Assembly: GCA_963700135.1 (NCBI GenBank)
Contig: CAVOWM010000010.1
Span: 26,775-90,774, forward strand
Direction: 5' to 3'
Length of the DNA stretch: 64,000 bases
Source of the DNA: an uncultured Acidimicrobiaceae bacterium
Lineage (GTDB): Bacteria > Actinomycetota > Acidimicrobiia > Acidimicrobiales > RAAP-2
Below are positions 1 through 11,855 of this stretch, piece by piece. Both the position numbers and the translations under genes were made by a program. The notes beneath the pieces were generated by a model. The model was given only the letters and a program-made list of their open reading frames with translations, was not told where the DNA came from and ran no database searches. Position 1 is the first letter of the stretch. Each line of letters opens with the position of its first letter.

Positions 1-322
1 GCTGCGCAACTACGAGCGCGGCGGCCTCTTGAACCCGCAGCGCACGAGCGGCGGTTCGCGGCGCTTCTCCGACGCGGACCTGGCGGCGCTGCGCCGGATC
101 CAGGAGTTGACCAACGAGGGCGTCAACCTCGAGGGCGTGAAGAAGATCCTGCGCCTCGAGTCCGAGCTCACCGAGCTTCGCGCGCGACTCGACGCTGCGC
201 TCGACCAGGCGCGTTCGAGTGTCGAAGAGGCGCACCGCCAGCACCGGCGCGACCTCGTGCCGATCCAGAACACGATCGCCGAGTTCATCGAGGCCCGTCG
301 GCGAATCCGAGAGACGCCCTAG
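1..322 (+). CDS. hspR: MerR-family heat-shock repressor (HspR-like), C-terminal part; 5' end lies outside the window
   Basis: Frame is open from nt 2. LRNYERGGLLNPQRTSGGSRRFS...EGVNLEGVKKILRLESEL matches the MerR/HspR wing plus coiled-coil pattern. Stop at 320-322. Confidence 0.6.
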   Translation, partial: LRNYERGGLLNPQRTSGGSRRFSDADLAALRRIQELTNEGVNLEGVKKILRLESELTELRARLDAALDQARSSVEEAHRQHRRDLVPIQNTIAEFIEARRRIRETP

Positions 323-418
323 CCGACGTCGCGACGTCGGGCGACGTCGTCGGAGGCCGGAGCGCCAAAATCAATCAACTAGACTTTGCTCGCAACGAGG
401 CCGACTCGGAGGAGCCCA

Positions 419-1696
419 GTGCCCGCAACGGTGGTCGTCGGAACCCAGTGGGGTGACGAAGGTAAAGGGAAGTTGACCGACCTCATGTCTCGTGACATGG
501 ATATGGCGGTGCGCTACCAGGGTGGCCACAACGCCGGTCACCGGATCGTCGTCGACGGCGAGGCCTTCGCGTTGCAACTCGTACCCTCGGGCGTGCTGTA
601 CCCCACGATCACGCCGGTCATCGGCAACGGCGTCGTGGTCGACCCCGCCGTGCTGCTCGCCGAACTGGACACCTTGAGCGCGAAGGACGTCGACGTCTCG
701 CGGCTCATCGTCTCGGGCAACGCGCACCTGATAATGCCCTACCACCAGGAACTGGACCGCCTCACCGAGCGCTTCCTCGGCAAGAACGCGCTGGGCACGA
801 CCAAGCGCGGCATCGGCCCCGCCTACGCCGACAAGTCCTCGCGCGTCGGACTTCGCGTGCAGGACCTCCTGGACGCCAAGATCTTTCGCCAGAAACTCGA
901 CGTGGTGCTGCACGAGAAGAACCTCATCCTCACCAAGATCTACAACCGTCCCGCCATCCAGGCGACGACGATCGCCGAGAAGTACCTCGATGAGTTCGCA
1001 CCCCGGCTGGCGCCGATGATCGGCGACACCGTCGCCGTCGTGCACGACGCGCTCGATCGCGGCGAGCGGATCCTGCTCGAGGGCGCCCAGGCGACCTTCC
1101 TCGACCTCGACCACGGCACCTATCCGTTCGTGACCTCCTCCAACCCCGTCGCCGGCGGCGCCTGCACCGGCTCCGGCCTCGGGCCGCGCGACATCACGTC
1201 GATCGTCGGCATCGCCAAGGCCTACGTCACGCGCGTGGGCGCCGGTCCCTTCCCCACGGAAGTCGACGGCGAGATCGGGGAGTCGCTCGTCGAGCGCGGG
1301 CACGAGTTCGGGACCAACACCGGTCGCCGTCGACGCGTCGGCTGGTTCGACGCCGTCATGGCCCGCCAGGCGGCGCGGCTGAACTCGCTCACCGAGATCG
1401 CGCTCACCAAACTCGACGTCCTCGACAGTTTCGACGAGATCCAGGTCTGCGTCGGTTACGAGGCCGGCGGGGTGCGCTACGACTACCCGCCGTACCACCA
1501 GTCGGTGCTGCACGAGGTGACGCCGATCTACGAGGTCCTGCCCGGCTGGAAGACCGACATCACCGCCTCCACGCGCTACGCGGAGTTGCCGGCCGCGGCG
1601 AAGAGTTACGTCAAGTTCCTGGAACAGACCACGGGCGTCACCATCTCGGTGGTGGGCGTGGGCCCGGGCCGAGAGCAGTTCGTTCGACCCTCGTGA
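419..1696 (+). CDS. purA: adenylosuccinate synthetase
   Basis: [26 protein letters not shown] and GTNTGRRRR motifs. GTG at 419 is preceded by GGAGG (409-413). The ORF is open from 386. Confidence 0.95.
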   Translation: MPATVVVGTQWGDEGKGKLTDLMSRDMDMAVRYQGGHNAGHRIVVDGEAFALQLVPSGVLYPTITPVIGNGVVVDPAVLLAELDTLSAKDVDVSRLIVSGNAHLIMPYHQELDRLTERFLGKNALGTTKRGIGPAYADKSSRVGLRVQDLLDAKIFRQKLDVVLHEKNLILTKIYNRPAIQATTIAEKYLDEFAPRLAPMIGDTVAVVHDALDRGERILLEGAQATFLDLDHGTYPFVTSSNPVAGGACTGSGLGPRDITSIVGIAKAYVTRVGAGPFPTEVDGEIGESLVERGHEFGTNTGRRRRVGWFDAVMARQAARLNSLTEIALTKLDVLDSFDEIQVCVGYEAGGVRYDYPPYHQSVLHEVTPIYEVLPGWKTDITASTRYAELPAAAKSYVKFLEQTTGVTISVVGVGPGREQFVRPS

Positions 1697-2937
1697 GGCG
1701 CGGCGTCGTCATCGGCTCGGGCGCGCGCGAACACGCCCTGGCCTGGTCGCTCGCCAAGAGCTCTGAGGTCGTGGTCACGCCCGGGAACCCCGGCATCGCG
1801 GCCCACGGCATCACCTGTGTGGCGACGCCCGCGACCGAACTCGACGGCGACCTCTTCGTCATCGGCCCCGACCAGCCGGTCGTCGACGGACTGGCCGACG
1901 AGCTGCGCGCCCAGGGCAAGACCGTCGTCGGTCCCGGGGCCGACGGCGCGCGCCTCGAGGGTTCCAAGTCGTACCTGAAGGAGTTCCTCGCCCGCGCCAA
2001 CGTCCCGACGGCGGCCTACGGCGTCTTCGACGACGAGGCTGCGGCGCTGTCCTTCCTCGCCACCATGACACCGCCGTACGTCATCAAGACCGACGGGCTC
2101 GCCGCGGGCAAGGGCGTGCTCGTCACGTCAGACCTCGACGAGGCGATGAGCGACGTCCGAGAGAAGCTCAGCGGTCGTGCCTTCGGGGGCGCCGGTCAGA
2201 CCGTCGTCATCGAAGAGGGCCTCGACGGACCGGAGTGCTCCTTGATGGTGCTCTGTGACGGTACGCGCGTGAGCTGTCTGGCGCCCTCCCAGGACTTCAA
2301 ACGGCTCGGCGACGGCGACGCCGGCGTCAACACCGGGGGGATGGGCGCGTACGCGCCGATGACCACGCTGCGCGCCGACGATCTCGACGACATCATGGAA
2401 CGCATCGTGGCGCCCACCGTGCGAGAGCTCCGGCGGCGCGACATCGACTACCGCGGCGTCCTCTACGCCGGGATCATGTTGACGTCCACGGGCCCCAAGA
2501 TCCTCGAGTACAACGCGCGATTCGGCGATCCCGAGACCCAGGTCCTCGTCCCGCTCTACGGCGACGACTTCTTCGACCTCTTGCTGCGCGTCGGCGAGGG
2601 CCGACTGGACGCCGCGGCGCCCGAGCCTCGCGGGGCCGCGGTGACGGTCATCCTCGCCTCCCACGGCTACCCGCAGGCCCCGCGCAGGGGCGACGTCATC
2701 AGGGGCCTCGGCCCGGACGGGCAACTCGCGGCGCCGGTCGAGGGCGTGACGATCTTTCACGCCGGCACCGCGCTCGACGCCGACGGACGCTTCGTGACCA
2801 ACGGCGGTCGCGTGCTCGCCGTGACGGGCGTCGCCGGGACCCTGATCGACGCGCGACGTCGCGCCTATGACGCGGCGGCGCTCATAACCTTTGAGGGGAG
2901 GGTGATGCGCAGCGACATCGCCCTGTCCGTCGCCTAG
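1693..2937 (+). CDS. purD: phosphoribosylamine-glycine ligase
   Basis: ATP-grasp PurD motifs [18 protein letters not shown] and [12 protein letters not shown]. Start overlaps the purA stop (GTGA). Confidence 0.95.
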   Translation: MRRGVVIGSGAREHALAWSLAKSSEVVVTPGNPGIAAHGITCVATPATELDGDLFVIGPDQPVVDGLADELRAQGKTVVGPGADGARLEGSKSYLKEFLARANVPTAAYGVFDDEAAALSFLATMTPPYVIKTDGLAAGKGVLVTSDLDEAMSDVREKLSGRAFGGAGQTVVIEEGLDGPECSLMVLCDGTRVSCLAPSQDFKRLGDGDAGVNTGGMGAYAPMTTLRADDLDDIMERIVAPTVRELRRRDIDYRGVLYAGIMLTSTGPKILEYNARFGDPETQVLVPLYGDDFFDLLLRVGEGRLDAAAPEPRGAAVTVILASHGYPQAPRRGDVIRGLGPDGQLAAPVEGVTIFHAGTALDADGRFVTNGGRVLAVTGVAGTLIDARRRAYDAAALITFEGRVMRSDIALSVA

Positions 2938-2946
2938 AGGAGACCG

Positions 2947-4254
2947 ATGATTCCGAGGTATTCCCCCCAGGACGTGGCCGAACTCTTCAGCGACGCGCAC
3001 CGCTTCGACACGATGCTGGAGGTCGAACTGTTGGCCGCTGAGGGTCTGGCCGAACAGGGCGTGGTGCCGCACGTCGACGTCGTGAAGCTGCGGCAACGCC
3101 GACCCGTGATCGACGAGGACTTCGTGACCGCGGTCGAAGAACGAGAGGCGGTCACCAACCACGACACCGCGGCGTTCGTCGACGTGGTCCAGTCGCGCAT
3201 CGGCATGCCCGAGGGCGCGTGGATCCACTACGGTCTGACGTCCTCGGACGTCGTCGACACCGCGCTCTGTTCGAACCTCACCCAGGCGATGGACATCGTC
3301 GTCACCGAGGCGATCGCCCTGCGCGACGCGCTGACCCGACGGGCCGTCCAATCGATCGACCTGCCGATCACCGGGCGAACCCACGGCCAGCACGCCGAAC
3401 CGACGACGTACGGCGTGAAGTTCGCCCTCTTCGCGCTGCAGGTCCAGCGCGACGTCGAACGCGCGCAGCACGCGCGAACGTCCATCGCGGTGGGCAAACT
3501 CTCCGGCGCGGTGGGCACGTTCTCGAACATCGACCCGGCCGTCGAGGCGTACGTCTGTGCCCGGCTCGGTCTGACGCCGGTCCCGGCGACCCAGGTCATC
3601 GCGCGCGATCGACACGCCGAAGTGCTCTACGCCTGCGCGTCACTGGGGACCGCCATCGAGCAGTTCGCGCTCGAGGTGCGCCACCTCGCGCGCAGCGAGG
3701 TCGGCGAGGCCGAAGAGCCGTTCACGGCCGGCCAGAAGGGCTCGTCGTCGATGCCGCACAAGCGCAACCCGGTGCTCTCCGAACGACTGTGCGGGCTCGC
3801 TCGGGTGCTGCGCGGCTACCTGCAGGCCGGACTCGAGGACGTCGCGCTCTGGCACGAGCGCGACATCTCACACTCGAGTGTCGAGCGCGTCGTCTTGCCC
3901 GACGCCCTGGCGCTCACGGTGTACATGTTGCGCAAGGCCACCGGGCTCGCCGACGGCGTGGTGCTGCACCCGGAACGGGCCCTCGAGAACCTCACGACCG
4001 GCTCGCTCGGGCTCGTCTTCTCCCAGTCAGTCCTCACTGCACTGGTCGATACCGGGATGTCACGCGACGACGCCTACCGGGTCGTCCAGTCCGCCGCGCG
4101 GCGCGCGAGCGACGAACGTCGGAACTTCCGCGAGGTCATCGAAGAGGATGACGCCGTAACCTTGAGTAATGACGCGCTGGCGAAGGCCTTCGACTCGGAA
4201 CGTCTGTTGACCCACCGCGGACGCTTCCTCGACGCGCTGGTGTGGCGCTCGTGA
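2947..4254 (+). CDS. purB: adenylosuccinate lyase
   Basis: Fumarate-lyase family signature GSSSMPHKRNP. Length 435 aa. Confidence 0.95.
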   Translation: MIPRYSPQDVAELFSDAHRFDTMLEVELLAAEGLAEQGVVPHVDVVKLRQRRPVIDEDFVTAVEEREAVTNHDTAAFVDVVQSRIGMPEGAWIHYGLTSSDVVDTALCSNLTQAMDIVVTEAIALRDALTRRAVQSIDLPITGRTHGQHAEPTTYGVKFALFALQVQRDVERAQHARTSIAVGKLSGAVGTFSNIDPAVEAYVCARLGLTPVPATQVIARDRHAEVLYACASLGTAIEQFALEVRHLARSEVGEAEEPFTAGQKGSSSMPHKRNPVLSERLCGLARVLRGYLQAGLEDVALWHERDISHSSVERVVLPDALALTVYMLRKATGLADGVVLHPERALENLTTGSLGLVFSQSVLTALVDTGMSRDDAYRVVQSAARRASDERRNFREVIEEDDAVTLSNDALAKAFDSERLLTHRGRFLDALVWRS

Positions 4255-5150
4255 GCGACCGGGGCCTGACGCCGATCTATTCCGGGAAGGTGCGCGACCT
4301 CTACGAAGTGGACGAGCGCCATCTCCTGCTGGTCGCCTCGGACCGGCTCAGCGCCTTCGACGTCGTCATGGCCGAGACGATCCCCGAGAAGGGTCGCGTC
4401 CTCACCGGGATCACGAACTACTGGATCCGGGAGTTCGGCACCGCGGTGCCGTCATCGCTGGTCAGCTGCGACCCCGCGGTCATCGAGGACTCGGTGCCGG
4501 GCTTCCTCGCTCACACCGACTGGCACGGCCGAGCGATGCTCGTGCGCAAGGCCGAGATGTTGCCACTCGAGTGCATCGTGCGTGGCCGCCTCGCTGGATC
4601 GGCGCACCACGAGTACGTGACACGAGGAACGGTGAACGAGATGATCGTGCCGGCCGGTCTGCAGTTGACCGACGCGTTCGCCGAGCCGATGTTCACGCCG
4701 TCGACGAAGGCCGCCTCCGGTCACGACGTCAACATCAGCGTCGAGCGAGCGTCGCTGCTGGTCGGCGTCGATCGCGTGCACCAGGCTCAGGCGCTGTGCG
4801 TGGACCTCTTCACGCGCGCCGCCGACGCGCTCGCGACGAAGGGCCTCATCCTGGCCGACACCAAGTTCGAACTCGGGTTCGTGGACGGTGAACTGGTGCT
4901 GTGCGACGAAGTCATCACCCCCGATTCGTCACGCATCTGGTCCGCCGACGCGGTGAAGTCGGGCGAGACACCCCCGTCGTTCGACAAGCAGCCGTTCCGT
5001 GACTGGCTCGACGCGCAGTCGTGGGACCGCACCCCGCCCCCGCCGACGGTCCCCGAGGACGTGGTGGCGACGACGTCGGCTCGCTACGTCGACGCGTACG
5101 AACGCGTGACCGGGACCTCGATCGATGACTGGTACGGTGCTTCGTCATGA
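4251..5150 (+). CDS. purC: SAICAR synthetase
   Basis: IYSGKVRDLYE, LSAFD and LILADTKFELG motifs. GTG at 4251 overlaps the purB stop (GTGA). An in-frame GTG at 4242 is an alternative start. Confidence 0.92.
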   Translation: MSDRGLTPIYSGKVRDLYEVDERHLLLVASDRLSAFDVVMAETIPEKGRVLTGITNYWIREFGTAVPSSLVSCDPAVIEDSVPGFLAHTDWHGRAMLVRKAEMLPLECIVRGRLAGSAHHEYVTRGTVNEMIVPAGLQLTDAFAEPMFTPSTKAASGHDVNISVERASLLVGVDRVHQAQALCVDLFTRAADALATKGLILADTKFELGFVDGELVLCDEVITPDSSRIWSADAVKSGETPPSFDKQPFRDWLDAQSWDRTPPPPTVPEDVVATTSARYVDAYERVTGTSIDDWYGASS

Positions 5151-5398
5151 ACTACTTCGTGATCGTCGACGTGACGTTGCGAAGGGGGATCGCCGATCCC
5201 GAAGGATCGACCATCGAACGCGCGCTGCCGGCCCTCGGCTTCACGGGCGTCACCAACGTGCACGCGGGCAAGTCCTTCCGCTTCGACGTCGAGGCCGAGA
5301 GCGAATCGGCCGCGCTGGAGAAGGCTTCGGCGTTGGCGCAGCGACTGCTGTCCAATCCCGTGATCGAGGACGCCCACGCCCGGATCGGAGAGAGGTAG
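5147..5398 (+). CDS. purS: FGAM synthase subunit PurS
   Basis: 83-aa protein between purC and purQ with PurS-like sequence (DPEG..IERAL..LGF). ATGA overlap with purC. Confidence 0.88.
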   Translation: MNYFVIVDVTLRRGIADPEGSTIERALPALGFTGVTNVHAGKSFRFDVEAESESAALEKASALAQRLLSNPVIEDAHARIGER

Positions 5399-5401
5399 CT
5401 C

Positions 5402-6085
5402 GTGTCGCGGATCGGTGTCGTCGTCTTTCCCGGGTCTAACTGCGAGTACGACGCCGCGGCGGCCGTCGAACGCCTCGGTGACCAGGCAGAATTCGTCTGG
5501 CATACCCGAACCGACCTCGACGGTCTGGACGGCGTGATCCTGCCCGGGGGCTTCGCGCACGGTGACTACCTGCGACCGGGCGCGCTCGCGCGCTTCTCGC
5601 CCGTGATGGAAGCGGTCGAGCGTTTCGCCGCCGACGGCGGACCGGTGCTCGGCATCTGCAACGGCTTCCAGGTCCTCGTCGAGGCCGGACTGCTGCCCGG
5701 CGCCTTGCAGAAGAATCGCGGTCTGACGTTCCTCTGTCAGCCGACGACGCTGGTCGTCACCTCGACCTCCTCGGTGCTGACGCGCCAGGCGAGCGTCGGG
5801 CAGGAACTGGTCGTGCCCATCAACCACTTCTCCGGCTCCTACACGTGCGACGACGACACGCACGACGAACTCGAAGCCCACGGCCAGATCGTGCTGCGCT
5901 ACAAGGACAACCCCAACGGCTCGCGTGACGACATCGCCGGCGTGGCCAACCTCGCGGGCAACGTCGTCGGCCTGATGCCGCATCCGGAGCGCGCGATGTC
6001 GACCCTGCTCGGCAGTGCCGACGGCGTCGTGCTGTTCGAAGGCTTTCTCGGCGTACGGGTCGACGAGCCCGCGCTCGCGCGTTGA
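5402..6085 (+). CDS. purQ: FGAM synthase glutaminase subunit
   Basis: Class I amidotransferase motifs [18 protein letters not shown] and MPHPER. Confidence 0.93.
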   Translation: MSRIGVVVFPGSNCEYDAAAAVERLGDQAEFVWHTRTDLDGLDGVILPGGFAHGDYLRPGALARFSPVMEAVERFAADGGPVLGICNGFQVLVEAGLLPGALQKNRGLTFLCQPTTLVVTSTSSVLTRQASVGQELVVPINHFSGSYTCDDDTHDELEAHGQIVLRYKDNPNGSRDDIAGVANLAGNVVGLMPHPERAMSTLLGSADGVVLFEGFLGVRVDEPALAR

Positions 6086-6113
6086 GGCGCCGTCCGGTCT
6101 CCGTGGTGTCCCG

Positions 6114-8387
6114 GTGAGTAGTCCGCTGCCCCTGCACCGCGCGCTCGGTCTCACCGATGCCGAACTCGACGAGATCCGCGAGGTCCTCGGGCGCGAACCC
6201 AACTCGCTCGAACTCGCGCTCTACGGCGTGATGTGGAGCGAACACTGCTCGTACAAGTCGTCGCGGATCCACCTGCGCCGCCTCCCGACCGAGGCGCCGC
6301 ACGTGCTCGTCGGCCCGGGGGAGAACGCCGGGGTCATCGACGCTGGCGACGGCATCGCCGTCGCGATCCGTATCGAGAGCCACAATCACCCGTCGGCCAT
6401 CGAGCCCTATCAGGGTGCGGCGACCGGCGTGGGAGGGATCCTGCGCGACGTCTTCACGATGGGCGCGCGGCCGCTCGCCGTGATGGACCCGCTGTTCTTC
6501 GGGGAGTTGAGCGACGCGCGTCAACGATGGTTGGTCGAGGGCGTCGTCTCAGGCATCTCGGGTTACGGCAACTCCGTCGGCGTGCCGACGATTGGCGGCG
6601 AGTTGACCTTCGACGACTGTTACGCGTCGAACCCCCTGGTGAACGTGTTGTGCTGCGGCGCGCTACCGACCGAACGGCTGGTCCTCGGCGTGGCCTCGGG
6701 CGTCGGCAACCTCGCGGTCCTGCTCGGTTCGACGACCGGGCGCGACGGGATTGGCGGGGTGTCGGTGTTGGCCTCGGCCGGCTTCGACGGCGCCGACGGG
6801 GCCGAATCGCTCGACGACGCCAAGCGACCCAGCGTGCAGGTCGGCGACCCCTACGAGGAGAAGCGGCTCATCGAGGCCTGCCTGGCGCTCCTCGATGACC
6901 ACCTGGTCGTGGGCATCCAGGACCTCGGCGGCGCGGGCATCGTCTGTGCGACGAGTGAGACTGCGGCGCGTGGTGGTGTCGGCATGGACGTGGACGTGAC
7001 GGCCATCCCGCTGCGCGAAGCGGGGATGGCGCCCTTCGAGATCATGACGTCCGAGAGCCAGGAACGGATGCTGGCGATCATCACGCCCGAGCACTGGGAC
7101 GCGGTCAAGGCGCTGTGCGACAAGTGGGAGGTGCGCGCGACGGTCGTAGGCCACGTCGTGGAGCCGACGGTTGACGCGAACGGTCGCGCGGTCGCGATGC
7201 TGCGCGTGCGCGATGGTTTCGACGGCGAGGTGCTCGCCGAGGTGCCGGCCAGTTCGCTGGCCGACGAGGCCCCCCTCTACGACCGCCCGATGGCGCGCCC
7301 CGCCGATCTGGACGCGATCGTCGCCGATGACCCGAGTGACGACGAGCCGGTCGGGTCGCCGAACGACGACCTCCTGGACCTCTTGGTCGATCCGGCGTGG
7401 GTCTACCGGCAGTACGACTCGATGCTGTTCTTGAACACGGTCGTCGGCCCCGGTCGCGACGCGGCGCTGCTGCGACTCGCCGGCCCGGGCCTGCCGACCT
7501 CGCAACGCGGCATCGCCCTCTCGACCGACTCCAATCCACGCTGGTGCGCCCTCGACCCACGCGCCGGGACCGCGTTGACGGTCGCCGAGGGCGTGGCGAA
7601 CCTGGCCTGTGTCGGGGCGACGGCCAAGGCCGTCGTGAACTGCCTCAACTTCGGCAACCCCGAGCACCCCGAAGTGATGTGGCAACTGTCCGAGGCGATC
7701 GACGGGATGAGCGAGGCCTGTCGTGGACTCGGGCTCCCGGTCATCGGCGGCAACGTCTCGCTCTACAACGAGAGCGGTGGCCACGACATCGACCCGACGC
7801 CCGTCGTCGGACTGTTGGGCGTGGTCGAGTCGCTCGTGGCGCCGCCGCCCGGCTGGGGGTGGCGCGAAGGCGACGTGGTCGTGTTGGTGGGCACCCGACA
7901 CGCCAACTCGCACTACCGATTCCCACTCGGGGGATCGCGCTGGGCGACCCGGCGCGGTCGCCGCGGCGGTCACGTCGCGCACTTCGACGCCGAGACGCTG
8001 TCGGTCGCGATCGACTTCGTGGTCGGCGAAGTCGCCGCGATCTGTGCGGGTCACGCCAGTGACGTCACGGCCGTGCACGACGTCGGCGGCGGCGGACTCG
8101 CCACGGCCCTGGCCGAGATGGTCGCCGTGACCGGAGTGGGTGCCGTGATCGACGAACTCGAGAGCCACGCCGAACTGTTCACGGAGTTCCCCGGTCGTTT
8201 CGTGATGACCACGAACGACGTCGCCGCCTTCACGGCCCGGGCGGCGCTCGCGGGTGTGCCGGTCACACGGCTCGGTTCGGTCGGCGGTGCGAACCTGCGA
8301 ATCGGCACGGTGGTCGACCTCGCCGTCGCGGACGTCGCCGCCCGCCGAGGCGGCGCGCTCGAAGCGTCGCTCGCCGCGGTCGGCTAG
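6114..8387 (+). CDS. purL: FGAM synthase II subunit PurL
   Basis: [11 protein letters not shown] and [18 protein letters not shown] motifs. GTG at 6114 chosen to avoid overlapping purQ. The ORF is open from 6015. Confidence 0.92.
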   Translation: MSSPLPLHRALGLTDAELDEIREVLGREPNSLELALYGVMWSEHCSYKSSRIHLRRLPTEAPHVLVGPGENAGVIDAGDGIAVAIRIESHNHPSAIEPYQGAATGVGGILRDVFTMGARPLAVMDPLFFGELSDARQRWLVEGVVSGISGYGNSVGVPTIGGELTFDDCYASNPLVNVLCCGALPTERLVLGVASGVGNLAVLLGSTTGRDGIGGVSVLASAGFDGADGAESLDDAKRPSVQVGDPYEEKRLIEACLALLDDHLVVGIQDLGGAGIVCATSETAARGGVGMDVDVTAIPLREAGMAPFEIMTSESQERMLAIITPEHWDAVKALCDKWEVRATVVGHVVEPTVDANGRAVAMLRVRDGFDGEVLAEVPASSLADEAPLYDRPMARPADLDAIVADDPSDDEPVGSPNDDLLDLLVDPAWVYRQYDSMLFLNTVVGPGRDAALLRLAGPGLPTSQRGIALSTDSNPRWCALDPRAGTALTVAEGVANLACVGATAKAVVNCLNFGNPEHPEVMWQLSEAIDGMSEACRGLGLPVIGGNVSLYNESGGHDIDPTPVVGLLGVVESLVAPPPGWGWREGDVVVLVGTRHANSHYRFPLGGSRWATRRGRRGGHVAHFDAETLSVAIDFVVGEVAAICAGHASDVTAVHDVGGGGLATALAEMVAVTGVGAVIDELESHAELFTEFPGRFVMTTNDVAAFTARAALAGVPVTRLGSVGGANLRIGTVVDLAVADVAARRGGALEASLAAVG

Positions 8388-9304
8388 CGCGCCGCCTTCA
8401 GTTCGTCGAGCACCTCGTCGGGCACGCGCAGATCGCCGGTCCGTCCGAATCCCAGTTGGACGTCGGTCTTGTACGTGCCGTGATAATCCGAACCGCCCGT
8501 CGGGATCATCCCGGCGTCCCTCGTGAGCTTGACCATCAGGGCCCGGATCCCGGTGCTGGTGCCGCCGTAGTGCGCTTCGACGCCCGCGAACCCGCGTTCG
8601 CGCAGCGACGCCAACACCCGCGGCATGGTGGTCTCGATGGAGGTCGGGTTGATCTCGTCCACGTAGTTGACCAGCGGATGGGCGATGGAAAAGACGGTGC
8701 CCGATCCCCTGGCGGCCTCGACGAACTCCTCGATGGGCATGCTCGTCTTGGAGACGTAGGCGGCGCCGTCGGTGCCGAGCCAGTCGGTGAAGATCCGGTT
8801 CCAGGTGTCATCGTTCTGCTCCCCGATGAGCTCGGGGTGCAGGTCGATCATCGCCCGCGCGAAGTGCGGGCGCCCGATTGAGTCCACGTTGCCCGTCATC
8901 TCGGTCAGGTAGGCGAGTGTCAGGTCCTCGAAGCCCTTTTCCTGGAGGAGTGTGACCAACTGGTGGTTGCGGCTATCGCGGTCGTGGCGCAACGACGCCA
9001 GTTTCTGCTGGAGCGGGTGTTCGGCCTCCAGCGGCAAGAAGTACGCGAGGACGTGGACGTTGCGCGGCTTGGCGACGCCGTCGCGCACGCGCGGGAACTC
9101 CGTGTCGCGCAGCGACACCTCGACGCCGGTGACCAGTTCCAGCCCGAGGCGCGCGCACGTGCCGGACATCTCCTCGTGACTCAGCGTCGTGTCGTGGTCG
9201 GTCAGGGAGATCGCCGAAATACCCAGATCGTGTGCCTTTTCGGCCAGCTGCGTCGGCGTGTCCGAACCGTCGGAGAACGAGGAGTGGGTGTGGAGATCGA
9301 GCAC
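8384..9304 (-). CDS. PHP-domain metal-dependent phosphoesterase
   Basis: N-terminal [12 protein letters not shown] ... ISLTDHD is the PHP His/Asp pattern. It is convergent with purL (4-nt overlap of ends). Confidence 0.8.
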   Translation of the reverse strand: MLDLHTHSSFSDGSDTPTQLAEKAHDLGISAISLTDHDTTLSHEEMSGTCARLGLELVTGVEVSLRDTEFPRVRDGVAKPRNVHVLAYFLPLEAEHPLQQKLASLRHDRDSRNHQLVTLLQEKGFEDLTLAYLTEMTGNVDSIGRPHFARAMIDLHPELIGEQNDDTWNRIFTDWLGTDGAAYVSKTSMPIEEFVEAARGSGTVFSIAHPLVNYVDEINPTSIETTMPRVLASLRERGFAGVEAHYGGTSTGIRALMVKLTRDAGMIPTGGSDYHGTYKTDVQLGFGRTGDLRVPDEVLDELKAAR

Positions 9305-9396
9305 CCCAGCATCGTACAGAGGTCGAACGGGGGTGAGTGATTGTGCGACAATATGTCAGTGCCTTCTGAGATGAATATTCGAACCGGAGAGGGCGC

Positions 9397-10797
9397 GTGA
9401 AGGAAGCCTGTGGCGTCGTCGGGATCGTCGCTCCCGGTCGCAGCGTTTCGCACCTCTGCTACGACGCGCTCTACGCGCTCCAACACCGTGGTCAGGAATC
9501 GGCCGGCATGGCGACCTTCAACAACCACCAGATCACGGTCGTCAAGGACAACGGATTGGTGAGTCACGTCTTCGCCGAGACGACGTTGCGCGCGTTGGCC
9601 GGCGACTTCGTGATCGGCCACACGCGCTACTCGACGTCGGGTTCGGCGAACTGGACCGCGGCCCAACCGGTCTATCGTTCGGCCGGCACGTCGGGCTTCG
9701 CCATCGCGCACAACGGCAACCTGACCAACACCACGGCGCTCGCTGAAGAGGCGGGGATCCAGTTCACCTCGATGCTCTCGGACTCGGACCTCGTCGCTGA
9801 ACTCCTTGCGCGCGAGGTCGAGTCGGGCATCTCGCTCGCCAAGGCGCTGGGCGTGGTGCTGGCGCGCACCGAAGGCGCCTACTCGATGGTCGTGCTCGAG
9901 GCCGGCGAGATCCACGCGGTTCGCGACCCGTACGGCTTTCGACCGTTGTGCCTCGGTCGTTTCGGCAGCGAAGCGGAACCGGAGGGCTGGATCGTCGCGT
10001 CCGAGTCACCGGCGCTCGACGTCGTCGGTGCGACGTTCGTGCGCGAGATCGCGCCCGGCGAGATGGTGACGATCTCGAACAGGGAGTTGTCCTCGGTCCA
10101 ACTGCTCGATCCGGCCGAGGGCAAGCAGAAGCTCTGCATCTTCGAGTTCGTCTACTTCGCGCGGCCCGACACCTACCTCATGGGACACCAGGTCCACACG
10201 ACGCGTCGGCGCATGGGCGAACTGCTCGCCGCTCAGTCGTCGGTCGAGGGCGACATCGTGATGGGCGTACCGGACTCCGGCGTGCCGGCCGCCGAAGGTT
10301 TCGCCAAGGCCTCGGGCATCCCCTTCGGCTACGGGCTCGTCAAGAACCGCTACATCGGGCGGACCTTCATCTCCCCTGATCAGAACCTCCGAGCAGCGAC
10401 CGTCCGTCGGAAGCTCAACCCCCTCCGCGAGAACATCGAGGGCCAGCGCCTCATCGTCGTGGACGACTCGATCGTGCGCGGCACGACGACGCGCGAGATC
10501 GTGAAGATGCTGCGCGACGCCGGCGCCAAAGAGGTGCACCTGCGGATCTCCTCGCCGCCGTTCATGAACCCCTGCTACTACGGCATCGACACGCCCACGC
10601 GCGTCGACCTCCTCGCCGCGAACAACACGGTCGCCGAGATGAACGAGTTCATCGGTTCGGACACCCTGGAATTCATCACGTTGGAGAACCTGCGCCGCGC
10701 GATACAACTCGACGGTGAGTGCTGTGACGCCTGTCTCACCGGCTCGTACCCCGCGCCAACACCGGTCGTGTTGGGAACCGCAGGCAGTCGCTGGTGA
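9397..10797 (+). CDS. purF: amidophosphoribosyltransferase
   Basis: Ntn Cys near the N-terminus (ACGVVGI), PRPP loop [11 protein letters not shown], and a C-terminal Cys cluster. Confidence 0.95.
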   Translation: MKEACGVVGIVAPGRSVSHLCYDALYALQHRGQESAGMATFNNHQITVVKDNGLVSHVFAETTLRALAGDFVIGHTRYSTSGSANWTAAQPVYRSAGTSGFAIAHNGNLTNTTALAEEAGIQFTSMLSDSDLVAELLAREVESGISLAKALGVVLARTEGAYSMVVLEAGEIHAVRDPYGFRPLCLGRFGSEAEPEGWIVASESPALDVVGATFVREIAPGEMVTISNRELSSVQLLDPAEGKQKLCIFEFVYFARPDTYLMGHQVHTTRRRMGELLAAQSSVEGDIVMGVPDSGVPAAEGFAKASGIPFGYGLVKNRYIGRTFISPDQNLRAATVRRKLNPLRENIEGQRLIVVDDSIVRGTTTREIVKMLRDAGAKEVHLRISSPPFMNPCYYGIDTPTRVDLLAANNTVAEMNEFIGSDTLEFITLENLRRAIQLDGECCDACLTGSYPAPTPVVLGTAGSRW

Positions 10798-11855
10798 GCC
10801 GGCTGCTCGAACAGCCCGTCAACGGCACGACGTACGCGAGTTCGGGAGTGTCGATTGAGGCGGGTGACGCGGCGGTCGAACGGATCAAGGACGTCGTGGC
10901 GAGCACCACGCGCGCCGAAGTGCTGGGTGGCATCGGTGGTTTCGGAGGCCTCTTCGCCCTCGACACCGCGAAGTACAGGTCACCGGTGCTGGTCGCCTCG
11001 GCCGACGGTGTCGGCACGAAGTTGGACATCGCGCGTCAGCTCGGACGCTACGACACGGTCGGCATCGACCTCGTGGCGATGCTCGTCGATGACCTCGCCT
11101 GTGTCGGCGCCGAGCCACTCTTCCTCCTCGACTACGTCGCGGTCGGGAAACTCGATCCGGCACGGCTCGAAGAGTTGGTCAGCGGCATCGCCGAAGGCTG
11201 TCGCGTGGCCAACACCGCGCTGCTCGGCGGCGAGACCGCCGAGCACGCGGGCGTCATGGCGCCCGATGACTTGGACGTGGCGGGCTTCGCCGTCGGTGTC
11301 GTCGAGCGCGGCGAGGAGCTCGGTCCCGCGCGCGTGCGCGAGGGTGACGTGTTGGTCGGCTTCGCGTCGCCCGGGCTTCGCTCGAACGGCTACTCGTTGG
11401 CGCGGCGGGTGCTGGTGAACGACGTGGGCGACCTCAGCGCCCCGGCCTGGGACGGCGCTGACCACAGCCTCGGCGACGAGCTGCTCGTGCCTTCGGTGAT
11501 CTACGCACCGACCATCACGGCACTTCGGAAGGACCTCGGCGGCGCCGTGCACGCGGCGGCGCACGTCACGGGAGGCGGCATCGTCGGCAACGTCGCGCGA
11601 ATCCTGACCGACGGCCTCGACGCGTTGATCGACATGGACAACTTCGAGACGCCGGAGATCTTCTTCGAGATCCAGCGCCGCGGTCGTGTCCACGCCGACG
11701 AGATGGTCCGCGTCTTCAACTGCGGGCTGGGCATGGTCGTGGCCCTCGACGCCAGCGCCGGGGACGCCGCGGTCTCGCTGGCGCGGGCCAACGGCATCGT
11801 CGCCATGACGGTCGGGTCGGTGCGAGCCGGGTCGGGCGAGGTGGTGTTGTTATGA
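10794..11855 (+). CDS. purM: AIR synthetase
   Basis: ASADGVGTKL and GGETAEH motifs. GTGA overlap with purF. Confidence 0.95.
   Translation: MSRLLEQPVNGTTYASSGVSIEAGDAAVERIKDVVASTTRAEVLGGIGGFGGLFALDTAKYRSPVLVASADGVGTKLDIARQLGRYDTVGIDLVAMLVDDLACVGAEPLFLLDYVAVGKLDPARLEELVSGIAEGCRVANTALLGGETAEHAGVMAPDDLDVAGFAVGVVERGEELGPARVREGDVLVGFASPGLRSNGYSLARRVLVNDVGDLSAPAWDGADHSLGDELLVPSVIYAPTITALRKDLGGAVHAAAHVTGGGIVGNVARILTDGLDALIDMDNFETPEIFFEIQRRGRVHADEMVRVFNCGLGMVVALDASAGDAAVSLARANGIVAMTVGSVRAGSGEVVLL

Noticed and set aside
371-8168. Long antisense or alternative-frame ORFs across the pur genes (e.g. 371..1513-, 2128..3615-, 5084..6202-, 6663..8168-)
   Set aside because: Arg/Gly/Asp-rich translations with no motifs. 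They fully overlap genes with unmistakable enzyme signatures and are a typical open-frame artefact of high-GC DNA.
9305-9396. Possible riboswitch or PurR box upstream of purF, and likewise upstream of purA
   Set aside because: I could not recognise any known purine, ZTP or PRPP riboswitch core by eye. A covariance-model scan is needed before any claim.
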